Part shown: positions 40,161-53,243 of the stretch, piece by piece
Position numbering within the stretch: position 1 is the stretch's first letter
Layout: each line of letters opens with the position of its first letter
Origin: Lama glama
Taxonomy: Eukaryota
Assembly (NCBI GenBank): GCA_028534125.1
Contig: CM052816.1
Span: forward strand, 50,098,001 to 50,162,000
Length of the DNA stretch: 64,000 nucleotides
Direction of reading: 5' to 3'
Translations under genes and position numbers: made by a program
Notes under the pieces: generated by a model
Database searches by the model: none
What the model was told of the DNA's origin: nothing
The model's input: only the letters and a program-made list of their open reading frames with translations

Positions 40161-43100
40161 AGACATCACAGAATTAAAAAGGGAGTAAGTTCAGAACAAG
40201 GGGAGAAGAAGGTCATAGGCACTGAAAAAAAGATCTGGGGGAAAACACTTCAGACTAGTCATTCATTTAACAATAGGTTAAAGAAAGAACTTAAAAGTCA
40301 GCTAATAGTAGAGCAGCCAGATAAGAAATGTTTGTTTAAGTTCACCAGCTTTAATGTGTATTTAACTTGGATGGTTTAACTTTGTGTCTTTGAAGACATG
40401 ACTTGGGTGACAAGTAAGGTAATTCATTATTAAAGTTATTTGTCAGGGTTTCTAATAAGCACTTGGGGCATTTTGCTGTTAGAGATCAACAGTCACATTA
40501 AAGAATGACTGGTCAGTAGGAACCCAAGGGATAACCCGAAACGCAACTGCTTAGAAGGAAACCCAGTGACAAGGTGAAAACTGAAATGTGTTAAGAGAAA
40601 AGAACCTTAATAGAAATCACAAGGGTAAGGCTAGAACTGGTTTTGTTTATGTATATACTTTTGTGAAATTTATTGGGTAAATACCGCAAATAAATAATTT
40701 TAAAAAATTGTTTTAAGGATATTAACAAAAGCAAGAATTTGGAATGTTCTTAATATATCAACATCTTATTACAGAGACCAATAATGTGGAATGAATCCAT
40801 CAGAATAAGGGCAATGTAGATAACTTGGCCAAATAACATTATTCATTTAGTAGAAGCATATAAATTGAATTATGTATGATTATAAAGCATAATCATGTTA
40901 AATATGATATGCTGCAAGTTTATTGGCAACAAAGTTTAATTATTTGAAGAAAAGAAATTATTGAAATTGAGACCTAATATAAACTTGTTTGTTTTTACTG
41001 TAAGACTGAATAACAAAAGGTACTATACAGTACATTATCAAAGGTTCTTTTTGTTTGAATACTGCTGTACCTCCCAAGAAGGATAAGCGCTAATAAACTT
41101 TTCAAACAAAAAGTGAGGGTAGGGGGAGAGGGGAGAAATCCCTCTAAAACATAAACAAAGTCCTTAAAATTGCACACAGTCGAGTTAACACCATTCCCAA
41201 GTGTAAGCAGATACTGCTTTTCCCGATGAAGAGTTTACTATTAGGGATATTTTCAAAAGCAAGACACTTGGAGTAAACAGTGAGACAAAGGAGAACTATT
41301 TTATTCAAAGGCCTGAGCACATATGGAACCGGTTAGGGGGCTGGTGGCTGTAGACAGAACTACAAACGAGTTTAAAAGACACCTAGGCTGTCTCGGAAAG
41401 GAAGGGATGGAGGCGAGGGTGGTTAGAAAAGCAGAAAGTGGGCCAGAGATCAGTCAACTGGGAGGGAGACGGGCTGTTTGTTGGGCAGATGGTCTTTTCT
41501 GTTCCAAAATGTTCAAAGTTAAGGGACGCTCCTTAGCACACTTTTATTTTACACAAAGAGTGAATGGTCTGTCAGGACTTTTCCTGGATTTACTCGTGCC
41601 ATTTCTTTGATAACTTTGCTTGTTTCTGTAATTCATTTGCTGCCTTCTTCCAACCGAGGCCCTTATTTGGTGCTCTCTCAGCCCTTAGGTGTCAATTTTA
41701 ATTAATGAATTAATCAAGAGTAAGGTTCTTGCTTATGTTGTATAGTTATTTATGTTAGGTTAGGTTATCTTCCTCTGAACATTTCAGAGGAAATCAATAT
41801 TTTTCCTCAACAAAGTGTGATGCTTGCTTATTTACCAATTTTGGGACCAGTCTAGACTATGCAAATGGTGATTCAGTTATTTTTTTTAATGACGGTTTTC
41901 ATAGTCCAGTCCATTAAAAATTAATGGACATGGATGAAAAAAATAGTTGAGTTGGCTTACTTCAGCATAGTGAGTAACGATGTCTGATGAATCAAGCCTA
42001 CCTGAATGACAGGCGAGAGAAATTCCCTGACATATTTTACAGATCTCACTTATCTACACGCTATAAGCCAGTATTTAGCCTCACCAACCAGGCTCACAGG
42101 GAGTATAGGGCCTTATCCTAGACACCCTGAGAAACAAAAAGCAGACAAGAGAACCACTTTGTTGAAGAGCTGACCTGCTAATGTAGAGACCAGAGTAAAC
42201 ATCTAGTAACTCACAAACATGTGAAGAATGAAAAGATACAAATCAATTCTATATAACCAATGACAGACTGGCAACAGTGAGGACTTGGCCCAATCAGGTC
42301 AGCATGCTGCCAATGACAGACTTAACACACACTCCACTGGGCCAAATGCAGCTCTTCCAGGCACCCAGCAAATAGGTACACTTTGAGGTAAGCTGTGGTC
42401 CAGCACAGGTAAGTGACAACCGGAACCGGCCGGCTGAGTCCTTGGCATTTTAGCTTCTATAATACGGCCCACAAGAGCCTGCACTTTTCACTGGGCCGCT
42501 TGTAGAGGAAAGTTTGTGGGAGGAAGACATGATAGTGAGTATCCTAGACCCAATTTATCCCACAGGAATGACACATGCATTCAGCAAGGGAAAACTTACT
42601 AAACGTCTGTACTGTATACTACACATTAAAAAAATGATAAAAAACAGCTTTAATCCTCCGTAATATATAAGGAAAAAATCCTTGCAATTTTTATGTTCAC
42701 TTATAAATTAAGTTCATAAAGACAAAATGGCCTAGCTTCAATTAAAATTAATGTATAAGAATTTAGGTTGTACCAACCACTATAAATCTGACCAAAATTA
42801 TTCCCCTGAAATTATTATTCATTGCAGCAAAGTGAAAACATACAGATACCACAATTGCAGATAGACATCCACGTAGGACAACTAAAAGAAAGTGAGACTA
42901 TCGATGCAGGGGATGTACCCACACACCTTCCAGGGAATATATTTTACGGACTTTTTCTCCATCTTGCCAATGAACCTACTTATGGACATGAATGACAAAC
43001 AGTTCTGATTAAACATAAAGAGTCATGACAGAGAGAGGGCAAGTGGGCTTTATTTCAGGGTTCCTACAGGCAAAATGTGATAAGGGATATACTTTTTAAA

Positions 43101-44339
43101 GTCAAGCAGAAACCCTATGGCTTCATCACTTAACAGCACGGTGACTGAGAGCAAGGAGCTCAGTCTAACTGATCTTTCCTTTCTTCACCTGTGGAACACC
43201 TAACGCCTGTCCTAAAGGTTACAGTGGAGAATAAATGAATGCAAAGCGCTGAGTACAATGACTGACACAGGGATGATCTGAGGGCCCATCCAGGGCACAC
43301 AGAAGCTTTCCTGAACAGACAGAGCAGAGCTTCTGGAAACAGAGATTAGTCTGGCATCTGTTCTAGGATGAACGTCATATTTTGCCAAACTCATTACATC
43401 CAGATGAGTGGAAGTAGTGAATGAAACTTAGGCATACACAAAAAGAGTTTAAAAATTATTTTCAAGTCTTCCTCCTATTTATCTAACTTAGAATTTCATT
43501 TACACTTAACTGTCCAGCCCAGCTCTTTGTCTGCATTTTAGAATCACCCAGGGAAAACAGAAAATCTAGCTGCCGGAGGTTTTGCTTTAATGAATTTGAG
43601 CTGAGGCCTAAACACCAGTTTTTAAATTATGCTCGCCAGGTGATTCTAATGAACAGCCAGTGCCTAGAACCACAACTAGAGCTAGCCACACTTAAAGTAG
43701 TTCTAAAAAACATTAGGCTCATATGGATTTACCAGTAGTGACTCAAAACAGCATCACCCATCTTAACTTAAGAAACTTATTCCAGCCTACTCAAGGATGT
43801 GGCCAGTATTATTAAATTACTATTTTTTTCAGAAGTAGAAAAAGCTAACAACAACAACAAAAACAAACAACAACAGGAACAACAGAAACCCCATAAAATT
43901 AGTCTGCAGAATTTGCATGGAAGGAAATTTACAAGATCATGATTCAACAATCCTTTTTAAGATACAAAAAATGAGCATTGTTGCTTGGTTAAAAATGAGT
44001 CATGCCTTATAGCAGATTTCCAGCACAATTTTGTAAGAGGAAAAGGTATTTTTTAAGGGCCTTTCCTCTTACAATTATTATATTTCTTTTTGCTTTGCAG
44101 CTATAAAAGGCAAAGATAACCACCTGAAAGACAGCCCTGAAGCAATTCTGCTGACGTGCACCAATAGTTGGATGGGGGGCGGTCTCAGCAAACACTCAGG
44201 TGTTTTCACCCACCTCTATATCACCGAGTGACCCTGAGCAAGATGTGTAACTGGTCTCCAGTCTAATGCGCCTCTGTAACATGTAATCAACCCATAGTAC
44301 CACATTCTAGAATCGGTATCATTTTCATCGGCCACTTAC

Positions 44340-44422
44340 CAGTGTACTGCCATCAGTCCACCGGAAGTCGTGCTCAAACATCTTGTCATTGAGGCCTATC
44401 CACTGATAATCATGGCCCACAC
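44340..44422 (-). CDS. VCAN: Versican exon 12, C-type lectin domain part 2 (83 bp; not in ORF track)
   Basis: Hand-translated (R)[27 protein letters not shown], containing the lectin WIGL motif; ttctcag|GT ... CTG|gtaagt. Confidence 0.96.
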
Positions 44423-45630
44423 CTGAGAATGGGACGACACAGACATGTTTACTACCTTTCCCACAGATGGATGCAATGTACCAAAGAAAACTATTTTAAA
44501 GTGAATCATCTTTTCCGGCTGGATTTTTTAGTTGCTCATAAAAATCTTTGATGGTTTATCTTTTGTTCTTCTGCCCAATGTGTTTTAAACTAAAAAGCTA
44601 ATTCGCAAACATCATGAAACATTAAAATGTCAGACATGGACAATTATTTCCCTCTCCGTTTACTACAATTAAGTATTTTTCTCCATCTTCACTCATGACA
44701 GAAACTTTCCACTTATTTTTTTTTTATTAAGCTGTACAGTTGGCAAAAATTCAGTGAACCAATAAAATGTGACAGATCTCACCCATGCTAGCCTCATTTT
44801 GGAAACCACATGTTTCTTCTCAAAGCATTTTAAATAATGAACACCTAGACTGGACAGTGCTGCAAAACTTCCTCAAGAATAATTACTTTCACGATGAAAT
44901 GAGTCACAGTCCAAGACACCATGAAAAAAAATTAAATGAACCTTTACCCAGATTGCATATTAACAATCAAACTTCTAAAAGATAGCAGGCATCATGAGAA
45001 CATGTTTAATAGAGCATCAAACAATGCTTCAGGAGCAAAAAATTTCTGTATGTTTGCTACATAAGAGCTAGCTGCCCTCTTCTTTGCTATAGTTTAAAGA
45101 AGTTATTAAACAGCTCAGGTAGTATATGTTTCATTAGCTTTCAGTCCCCATCTATTTATGTTCTTCATATGAGGCCCATTTTCGATGGTCTAAAATATTT
45201 AGAAACTCCGATGAGAACCAATTATGCACAGAGGTTAAGATTAGGGTGCTATGAACAATTCAATTTTAATTAGTGGGATAAAAATAGCTGAAAGTAATTT
45301 TCTCTTTACCTTTAGATGTTATATGTACATATTCAAAATAGAGACCTCAAAGCATGGGAAGAATGAGACTGGAAACATAAGAGATGGTCATTATTCTAAG
45401 TCAAAAAATGATAGAATGGCAATTTTATATGATTCAACCTATAGCATGTGGCTTCAACCATTACTGCTGGCAAACCACGAAATGCCTTCCTATGATATAA
45501 CGGAATGTTTCTCAAAGTAGGGGACTCATATAGGAGAGATGATTTTTAAGTAGTTGAAAGATGAGGGATTTAGTAAGTCGAGTCACAACTGACAAAGCTA
45601 CTTGTTTTCAGTTAGGTACAGGAAAAACTA

Positions 45631-45939
<309 letters not shown>

Positions 45940-48900
45940 TCAACGCAACGTCCCTGAAATAAAGGATTCACAAATTTTGGTCACGATGACAAAGAAATGA
46001 TATAGAGAGCCCAACTGATTCCTGCCAAGTGGTTGCAATACATGTTAGGATGGGAGAGGCACTACCTAACTGCCATTTCCTTGATGAAATCCGGTTTCAG
46101 CAGGAGAAAAACTGAAAATGGGGCCAGTCAAAACCTCAGACTGCAGACTCTACTGACTCACTTGTGAAGCAATTGGGACTAATTCCTTACCAACACAACT
46201 TTTCTAAAGAGCATCATTCAAGTGATAAGATAAGAATTCTGGCTAAAAGGATTATGAATGCTCTATTTACATAAGGACTTCAAAGGCACTGGAGGCAGTC
46301 CTTTCCCACTTCCTAGAGAGATAGCTGGGTGGCCAAAGGGTCTTGTCAGGTAAGATTTACTAAGAGGAAAAAAAAAGAAAAATCATCAGTAGGCAGCTTC
46401 TGGGATATAGCTAGGATTGTGTGCCTTTTTCCCAAAAGGAGAGGGAATACAGGTAACTCCCAGGGCAAAAGCACTGGGATTTGAAGTTTACCAAGAATGA
46501 TTTTACCTTAGTCCTCCTTATTCTATCCAGCCATATTATACGTGTATATATGTGTATGTGTATATACATCTATTTTTTCTCTTTTGCAACAACGCTATAA
46601 CCAGTACCCTGGGGAACTGAAAACACTTTGCAAATATGTCTAAATTTTACACTGGCAATAAGCTTCAGCCATCCTTTCTAGATGCCAGTTTTCAAGTATT
46701 TCATAGGAAAGTTGCCTTGCTCAGAGAACTGCATTCTCACTGGCAATCTTGCCTCAGACTTGCCTACTCACAGGTGAGATGACACTATAGCTATTAAATA
46801 ATGATCAATCAAAATAATTTTAACTTTCACAAAACATATCTCACAAACATACTGAACTAGTTACATGTAAAAACTAACAAAGCTGAAAAGCGTACAGAAT
46901 TGTAGACACCACGAAAACTCCAGATTACCTAATGGTCAGCTTCCCCTCCCCTAATTTTACTGATTGATGAAGATAACAAAACTGTACTAGATGAAACAAA
47001 TGCTCATTTTATATGTCTGACTTGGTGGCCAAGTTGAAAGTCGAATGTCTCCTGCCTCTCCTCCATTTACTCCTCCTTCTGTAATTGTGGGAAAGTACAC
47101 ATGGCGAGAGAGTTCATTTTTTCCGGGCTGCAGTGATTTAGACCATAATCATACAACAGATGCAGCTTATCTCTGAGAGCGGTCTTTATTTCGGTTTAGT
47201 CTATCAGGCTTGTTGTTTAGTTACAGCCAGCTGACTGACTGATTTAAACAAAGCGCACCAGAAGTTTTGAGTTGTTTTAGGGTTGTTTGGGGACCACCAG
47301 ATCTCATAGGAAAGGACTCAAGACACAGCTCGGTGGTTTGGTGTAAGAGCAGCACTTAGGACCCAAGAATGAAGTATATTTTGGCTACTCGGATGTAGTG
47401 ATTTTCTTTTGGGAAGTTCATGTGGAAGAATTCAGAGGTGAGGTGGGAGGGGTGGCGAGGAAACAGATCTTCACATAAGAAGGGGTTAATTTATAGGGGA
47501 GGAGAACCGGAAAATTTTTTAGAACATCCTTCCTGCCAAAGTCAACGATGTGATGTTGTTCCAGCATAGCTTTCCTTAACCTTGGAAATGATCATTTATT
47601 TGAAGATATCCAGTTTAACAATTCTAGAGGATCCTAACTTACTGAATAATATATCAGAAAAAACATTCTATATACTCTTTCTTATCCTCTATTAGCCCAA
47701 GTGGTTTTAGTTTGGTTTTCTTTGTTTTTTATTGTTAAGGCAGATTAAGTATTTTTCCTCTTTCACACACAAAAACCTCAAATGATCATAAAATGTAGGT
47801 GCTACAAGATCTTTCTCAGTTAGCAGGTGCATATATTCCTATCAGAACACGGGTCCAAACAATAGGGGCAACATTTCTGCTAAAACCAAATGGGGACAGA
47901 TTATTTATCTGTACTCTCTAAACCACAGCTTCCCACTGATTGTAAATACATGTGCAAATAACACTTGACAGGATGACTTTATTTTTAAGAAAGTGAAATC
48001 TCCACACTGGTTCACTTAATTTTTATTATTCATGAATTCAACAAATATGTGGTGAAGGACTGTGTGACAAGTAGCATATTCTAGGATGCTATTCTGAAGG
48101 GTGATATCAGAAGCAGTCTGCTTGTTTTAACAAGCTTACCGAAAAATAAGGTGATACATATTCTGTTTATTAAAAGGCAACTCTTTTGGATGAGTATTAT
48201 CCTACATTCATAGGTATTATCCTACATTTGGAAAACTTTCTTAGGCTTTACAACTCCTATAGTGCATATGTTACAAAGTCCCAGGTTCCGTTTTGCGTGC
48301 TGGTGTTGGGGGCGGTGGGGGAGGGTACAACTCTTGTTCATGACTGCAGAAGCTGAAACCATCACTCTTAAACAATTTCCCTAAAAATCTATTCTCTTTA
48401 TGCTACATAGGTAATGTTTTCAACACCTCTGACATACAGCCCTCAAGCCTTCAGAAACTGTCAACGCTTCGGCACTTCTGACTGGCAAGCTATATCCTGA
48501 CTTTGGCTGGGAGCAAATTGTGTGTACAGAACTCTCTCTCCAATGATCTAAGACCCCTTTCTAGATTTTAGCTCTGTTATCCTTCCACCAAATGTATCCC
48601 CTACTCTAGAGTTCCTGGGAGTTGGGAAGTTATGAATGCAGAGAACAGAAAAGGTCAGCTGAAGAAACAAGATAGTCATCACCGAAATTTGGATAGAAAA
48701 CTGTTTAGACAACAATGCTGCTGTTAATGAAGAAAACATTTGTTCTTAGGCAACCTGAAAAGAGGGGAAAAAAATCTTTCAGTGTCCTGGCAATAAATCA
48801 CAGGAGCACAGCTGCATCTGGTAAACAGACTGGGATAGCTGTGCCTGAGCAAATAATGTGGATGAAAGTTATCCTTGCTTCAAGATAAAATAGAATGTCC

Positions 48901-49129
48901 CTAAAGGTTAGATGGCACCAGAAATGAAAGACAAAATGAGAACATTTTAATATTTGTTTTAGAGGGGGGAAAGGTAATTGGTCCTAAAGTCCCTTCCATG
49001 GATATTACCACTGACTTCATCAGATACACATATTGGAAGAAAAACAAAGCTTATCTTTAAAAGTTACTTTGGAAGTGTGAAGATCCTGAGAAAAACTTGG
49101 GCTTTCCAAGGCCTCTTAGGTTCATTTTT

Positions 49130-49425
49130 CCCACTCCCTAATTTACTAGCTGTGTGACCTTGAACACATGACATTTCCTTCCTGAACCTCACTTTCTGGC
49201 CCATTTAACCCACAGAAATACTGCATCAACCAAAGGAAATGATGTATCTGGCAGCGTACGGAAAATTGAAAGGTACCCAACAACCAGTATCTCTTTTTAT
49301 TCTCCACCAAGAACTATGCTGAGTTACCAAGATCAAAGACTGTTTTATTCAGAGCTCTATCTCCAGTGCCCAGAACACTGCCCAGAAGACAGTAGGTGCT
49401 CAATAAACACATGTTGAACAAATGA
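49130..49425 (+). mobile_element. MIR fragment followed by an L2 3' tail
   Basis: ttactagctgtgtgaccttg; cagtaggtgctcaataaacacatgttgaa. Confidence 0.65.
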
Positions 49426-50626
49426 TTTTTTGAATCACTCCTTGAACCTGGAACTAAGGGAAGCCAGAATCACTTCAACATCTGTGACTGTCTCAAGTAT
49501 CTCACTGTTTTGTTTTCTTCAATAAACATCATCTTTCACACTATTTTTTCTTTAAGAAGAGGATCTTATTTGGTCAATTACCATATTTCCCTTTTAAAAT
49601 TCTAAAAGACTCATCCTATGCAATAAAAAGAAAGGGAAAAAAAAAACCCTAAAAAACCCCAACCATCCCCCACCTCTTTGCATTGGCAATTCAATGCATG
49701 CCTCTTTTAGTTCTGCTTTAATTGTGGTGACATCCAGATTAACGCCGCAAAGCAGAATGTGGGGCCAGACTAATATGTCTGAGTTATAAGACACTCATTT
49801 TCGTTTTGTCTGGTGGAATGGAAGTTTGGCATTAAGCGCTTTTGTCAAAGCCAAACCACCCTATGACTTTAAGCAGAGGAAATCGATGTTCCAAAACTGA
49901 GTGTGCTGAGTATGCAATCTGTTTCTGATTGATGGGCTCTGAAATGTTACCATTAACCACCTAAAATATACTCTCAGGTTGGCCATAAAATGCAAACTAC
50001 AGGGATCACGAGATTCAAGCCATCATGAATTTAGGCCTTTCTTCCATTCAGAAAAAGTAGATGCTTCTCCAGTGGGGAAAAAACTTGATTCACAATATCT
50101 TTTCTGTAGTATTTGCTAAGCCAAGGAAAACGTATTTGCACAACAATATTAACTCATTTTCTGGAGACAATTGACTGTGAACAATAAGCCCATTGAGTCT
50201 CAGGTGCTTACGGGGAGAAAACTAAAGGGAAGGAACACTGAATTCAACATTCCGGGGTACAAGCCACAAATACGGATTAAGGTTGATGCCCAGTTTGTTC
50301 CCAGGAAAAATACATACAATGGTGTTCCTTTTGGTGGACAGAGATCCTAAATTCAGTTCAGTGTGCCTGCTTGCAATTCCATTCTATCAGCAAAACAACA
50401 ATAATCCAATCAGCATTATTGTTCAGATGTTGTGAGCTTGTGTGAACATACAAGGAAACCTAATGTATTTAGGCAGTCTGTGAATTTCCTCTGCAGAAAA
50501 GAATACGCTGTATGGTCAAAATTGCTAAAAAAAATCCAAATCATTCTGACAAAGGGCTATCTAGAAGTAACATTTGAAATGAGGTCTCAATACTGTTCAT
50601 CATACAAATGTTGTGAGAGCCCTTAC

Positions 50627-50740
50627 CTCGCTCACAAAGTGCACCAATGTAGCTCGGCAGGCAGAGACACCTGAATGTATTAAAACCGTCAACACATGTG
50701 GCTCCATTGCGACAGGGATTCGAATGACATTCATCAAAAT
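50627..50740 (-). CDS. VCAN: Versican exon 10, calcium-binding EGF-like domain 2 (114 bp)
   Basis: (D)[37 protein letters not shown]; tttcag|AT ... GAG|gtaagg. Confidence 0.97.
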
Positions 50741-50807
50741 CTGAAATAAAATCGTAAAAGGCCACAAAAGTACTTTCAAATAAGGTCAAAGGATCCTATT
50801 TAGCGTA

Positions 50808-50990
50808 AGATTGCCAGGTAAAATACAGGATAGCCAGTTAAATTTGAATCTCAGATTTTAAAAAAGGAAATTTTATTATGCCACATAATATAGCTAGGGC
50901 ATACTAACACTAAAAACAATCTTTTTTTCATCTGAAATTTAAATTTAACTGAACTTCCCATGTTTCTATTTGCTCAATCTGGCAACTCTA
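50808..50990. mobile_element. Palindromic MITE, MER53-like
   Basis: ttgccag / ctggcaa ends; arms 50835-50856 and 50930-50951 are 20/22 reverse-complementary. Confidence 0.8.
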
Positions 50991-51281
50991 AGAAAATTTC
51001 AAACAGATTCAGAGTAGGGCCGTTATCTTCGTTGCTTTTAGATGAGTCACATGAGCCCTAAAACCAACAGAAAACCCTCTTAGCCCTCCCACCCCACGTC
51101 CTGGCTCATGCTCTGTGACTTCACCTGTGAAAGACTGTAAACACTTAACTGGCCTCACAGCCTCTGAGCCCTTCCCTCTCCAATATAGCTCTTACTCTGC
51201 TGACTGTCATCTTCTTTAGCCACAATCAAGATAATTTTACTCATTGGCTTTCAAACATTCCAAAGACCCCAACTGCCCAGG

Positions 51282-51468
51282 GCAGCGGTCCTCAGAGTGT
51301 GGTCCCCAGGCCAGCACTAGCAGCATCACCTGAAAACATTAGAGATGCACGTTCCCAGGCCCACCCAGACCTACCGACTCAGATATTGTGGAGGATGGGA
51401 ACGACACAGTGCGACTGACCACGCTCTCTAGGTGATCCTGATGCCTGCTGAAGTCTCAGAATTGCTTC
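51282..51468. mobile_element. MER5A-like hAT MITE
   Basis: cagcggtcctcagagtgtggtcc...agcatcacctg...ccagacctac.gactcaga...ggtgatcctgatgc. Confidence 0.75.
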
Positions 51469-52574
51469 ACTAGATTATGAAGTAAAATTCTCCAATGCCT
51501 TGGATCCAGGACCCTCTTACACCCATCTAGATCCAACTTGCATTCCAATGTTCTCTCCCACAAATGCTTACGTAGGCATCCTGAATACTCACGGTCCCCC
51601 AGATGCATTCTGCTGTTTGTGGTCTCTGTGCTTTAGTTTGTATCAAAATCCTCCCCAACTTTAACATCTACATCAAATACAAGCTTTCTACACAGACCTC
51701 CATGATCTCCTCTGATGACATTAATGCCTTTATTCCATAGCATTTTGCAATTCCATTAAAAATTTAATTAATGCTTTATTAAATATTCAAAATGAATATA
51801 TAAAGTAAATTTCTTAAGAGGTACAGACTGTATCTTTACCTAAAGAAATGGCCTTAGTAAAAATGATATTATATAGTAATGATGGCAAATACTTTTATAG
51901 TGCTTGCTAAGTGCCAGCCACTGATCAAACAGCTTCACGTACGTTAACTCATTAAATTATTTTTAATTGATTTTAATGTGAAAAGGAATGAGAGCCACAT
52001 AAATGCTTTTACATACATACATGTGAGTTTGATGTTTAAGATATAATTATTCCTTCTATGTTATCTATTGTGATCCCTACATCCTCACTGATTAGCACAC
52101 AAATAGAGCCTACTAGCTTTTGTTGATTTTTTTTTAAATAAGCACTCTTTTAACATGAATTCAGGGGGTTTTATCTCAATACTGCTGTGTAATCTAAAGT
52201 GTTATCCACAGGCCTTCTTTACTCAGTCATTATGAGAAAATCGTTACAGTGCTGCTCAAAGGAGCACCTGGCCCACATATTCCATCTGTTTTCTCAGAGT
52301 CAAGGTCGATGTTTAGCCAAATCAAAACTTTAAAAACTTTTTTAAGGAAAAGGAAACTGAAATAAGAATGGGAGTAAAAGGAACAGATTTAGTAAAAAGA
52401 TAGTGATATTTTCCGGAACCCAAAAGAAAGGAGGATGTTTGGACAACATCAAGACTCTGAGGCAGAGTGGGTGAGGCTGGCCTCTGGGGATAGCCAGTGG
52501 GGGTGTGGTCCCACGCCACATCACAGCAGCAAGTTATCTCGAAACATAAAGGCTCCCTATTTAAGTTGTCTGTA

Positions 52575-52663
52575 ATTTTATTTATTTATTTATTTATTTA
52601 TTGAAGTATAGTCAGTTACAATGTGTCAATTTTTGGTGTACAGCATAATGTCTCAGTCATGCA
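52575..52663 (-). mobile_element. Short LINE-1 3' end with (TAAA)n tail
   Basis: (ttta)n ttgaagtatagtcagttacaatgtg...tggtgtacagc, the reverse complement of the L1 terminus above. Confidence 0.7.
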
Positions 52664-53129
52664 ATAAGGCAACAGAGATGCTAAATGACACAATAGAATG
52701 ATTGGACTTGGTTGATATTTTTAGGACATTACATCTGGCCAGGCTCCCTGTTTTTTAAATATAGCTTTCTAAAAAAAGTTGTCTTTAAATTGATGATTTA
52801 TTGATATGCAGATCTGGGGGACAGACTAATAATTTCTGTCAATATTTACATAACTTTACATTTATAAAGCTTATGGGTAAGAACCACAGAAAGATACAGC
52901 TGACCTCAGTAAGCTTCACTGCACGTTGGGTACAGTAACAAAATTCAGTAAACAATTGCCCCCATTTCCCAGATCCTACTTAAATCACTCTATGATTTAA
53001 ATTTCATTTAATGTATAATTCATCTACACATGGGTTTCTCAGAAATTCTCTGATTGATTCATGCAATATAAATTCTTTCCCAATACATCTTCTGGAAAAG
53101 CACTACACTTTTGGACAAGAACATCTTAC

Positions 53130-53243
53130 CAAGTTCACATCGGTCGCCACTGTATCCTGGCACGCAGGTGCACACGTAGGAAGTTTCAGTAGGATAACAG
53201 GTGCCCCCGTTAAGGCACGGGTTCGTTTTGCAACGGTCTGGGC
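53130..53243 (-). CDS. VCAN: Versican exon 9, EGF-like domain 1 (114 bp)
   Basis: (G)PDRCKTNPCLNGGTCYPTETSYVCTCVPGYSGDRCEL with 6-Cys EGF spacing; acggtag|GC ... TTG|gtaaga. Confidence 0.97.
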
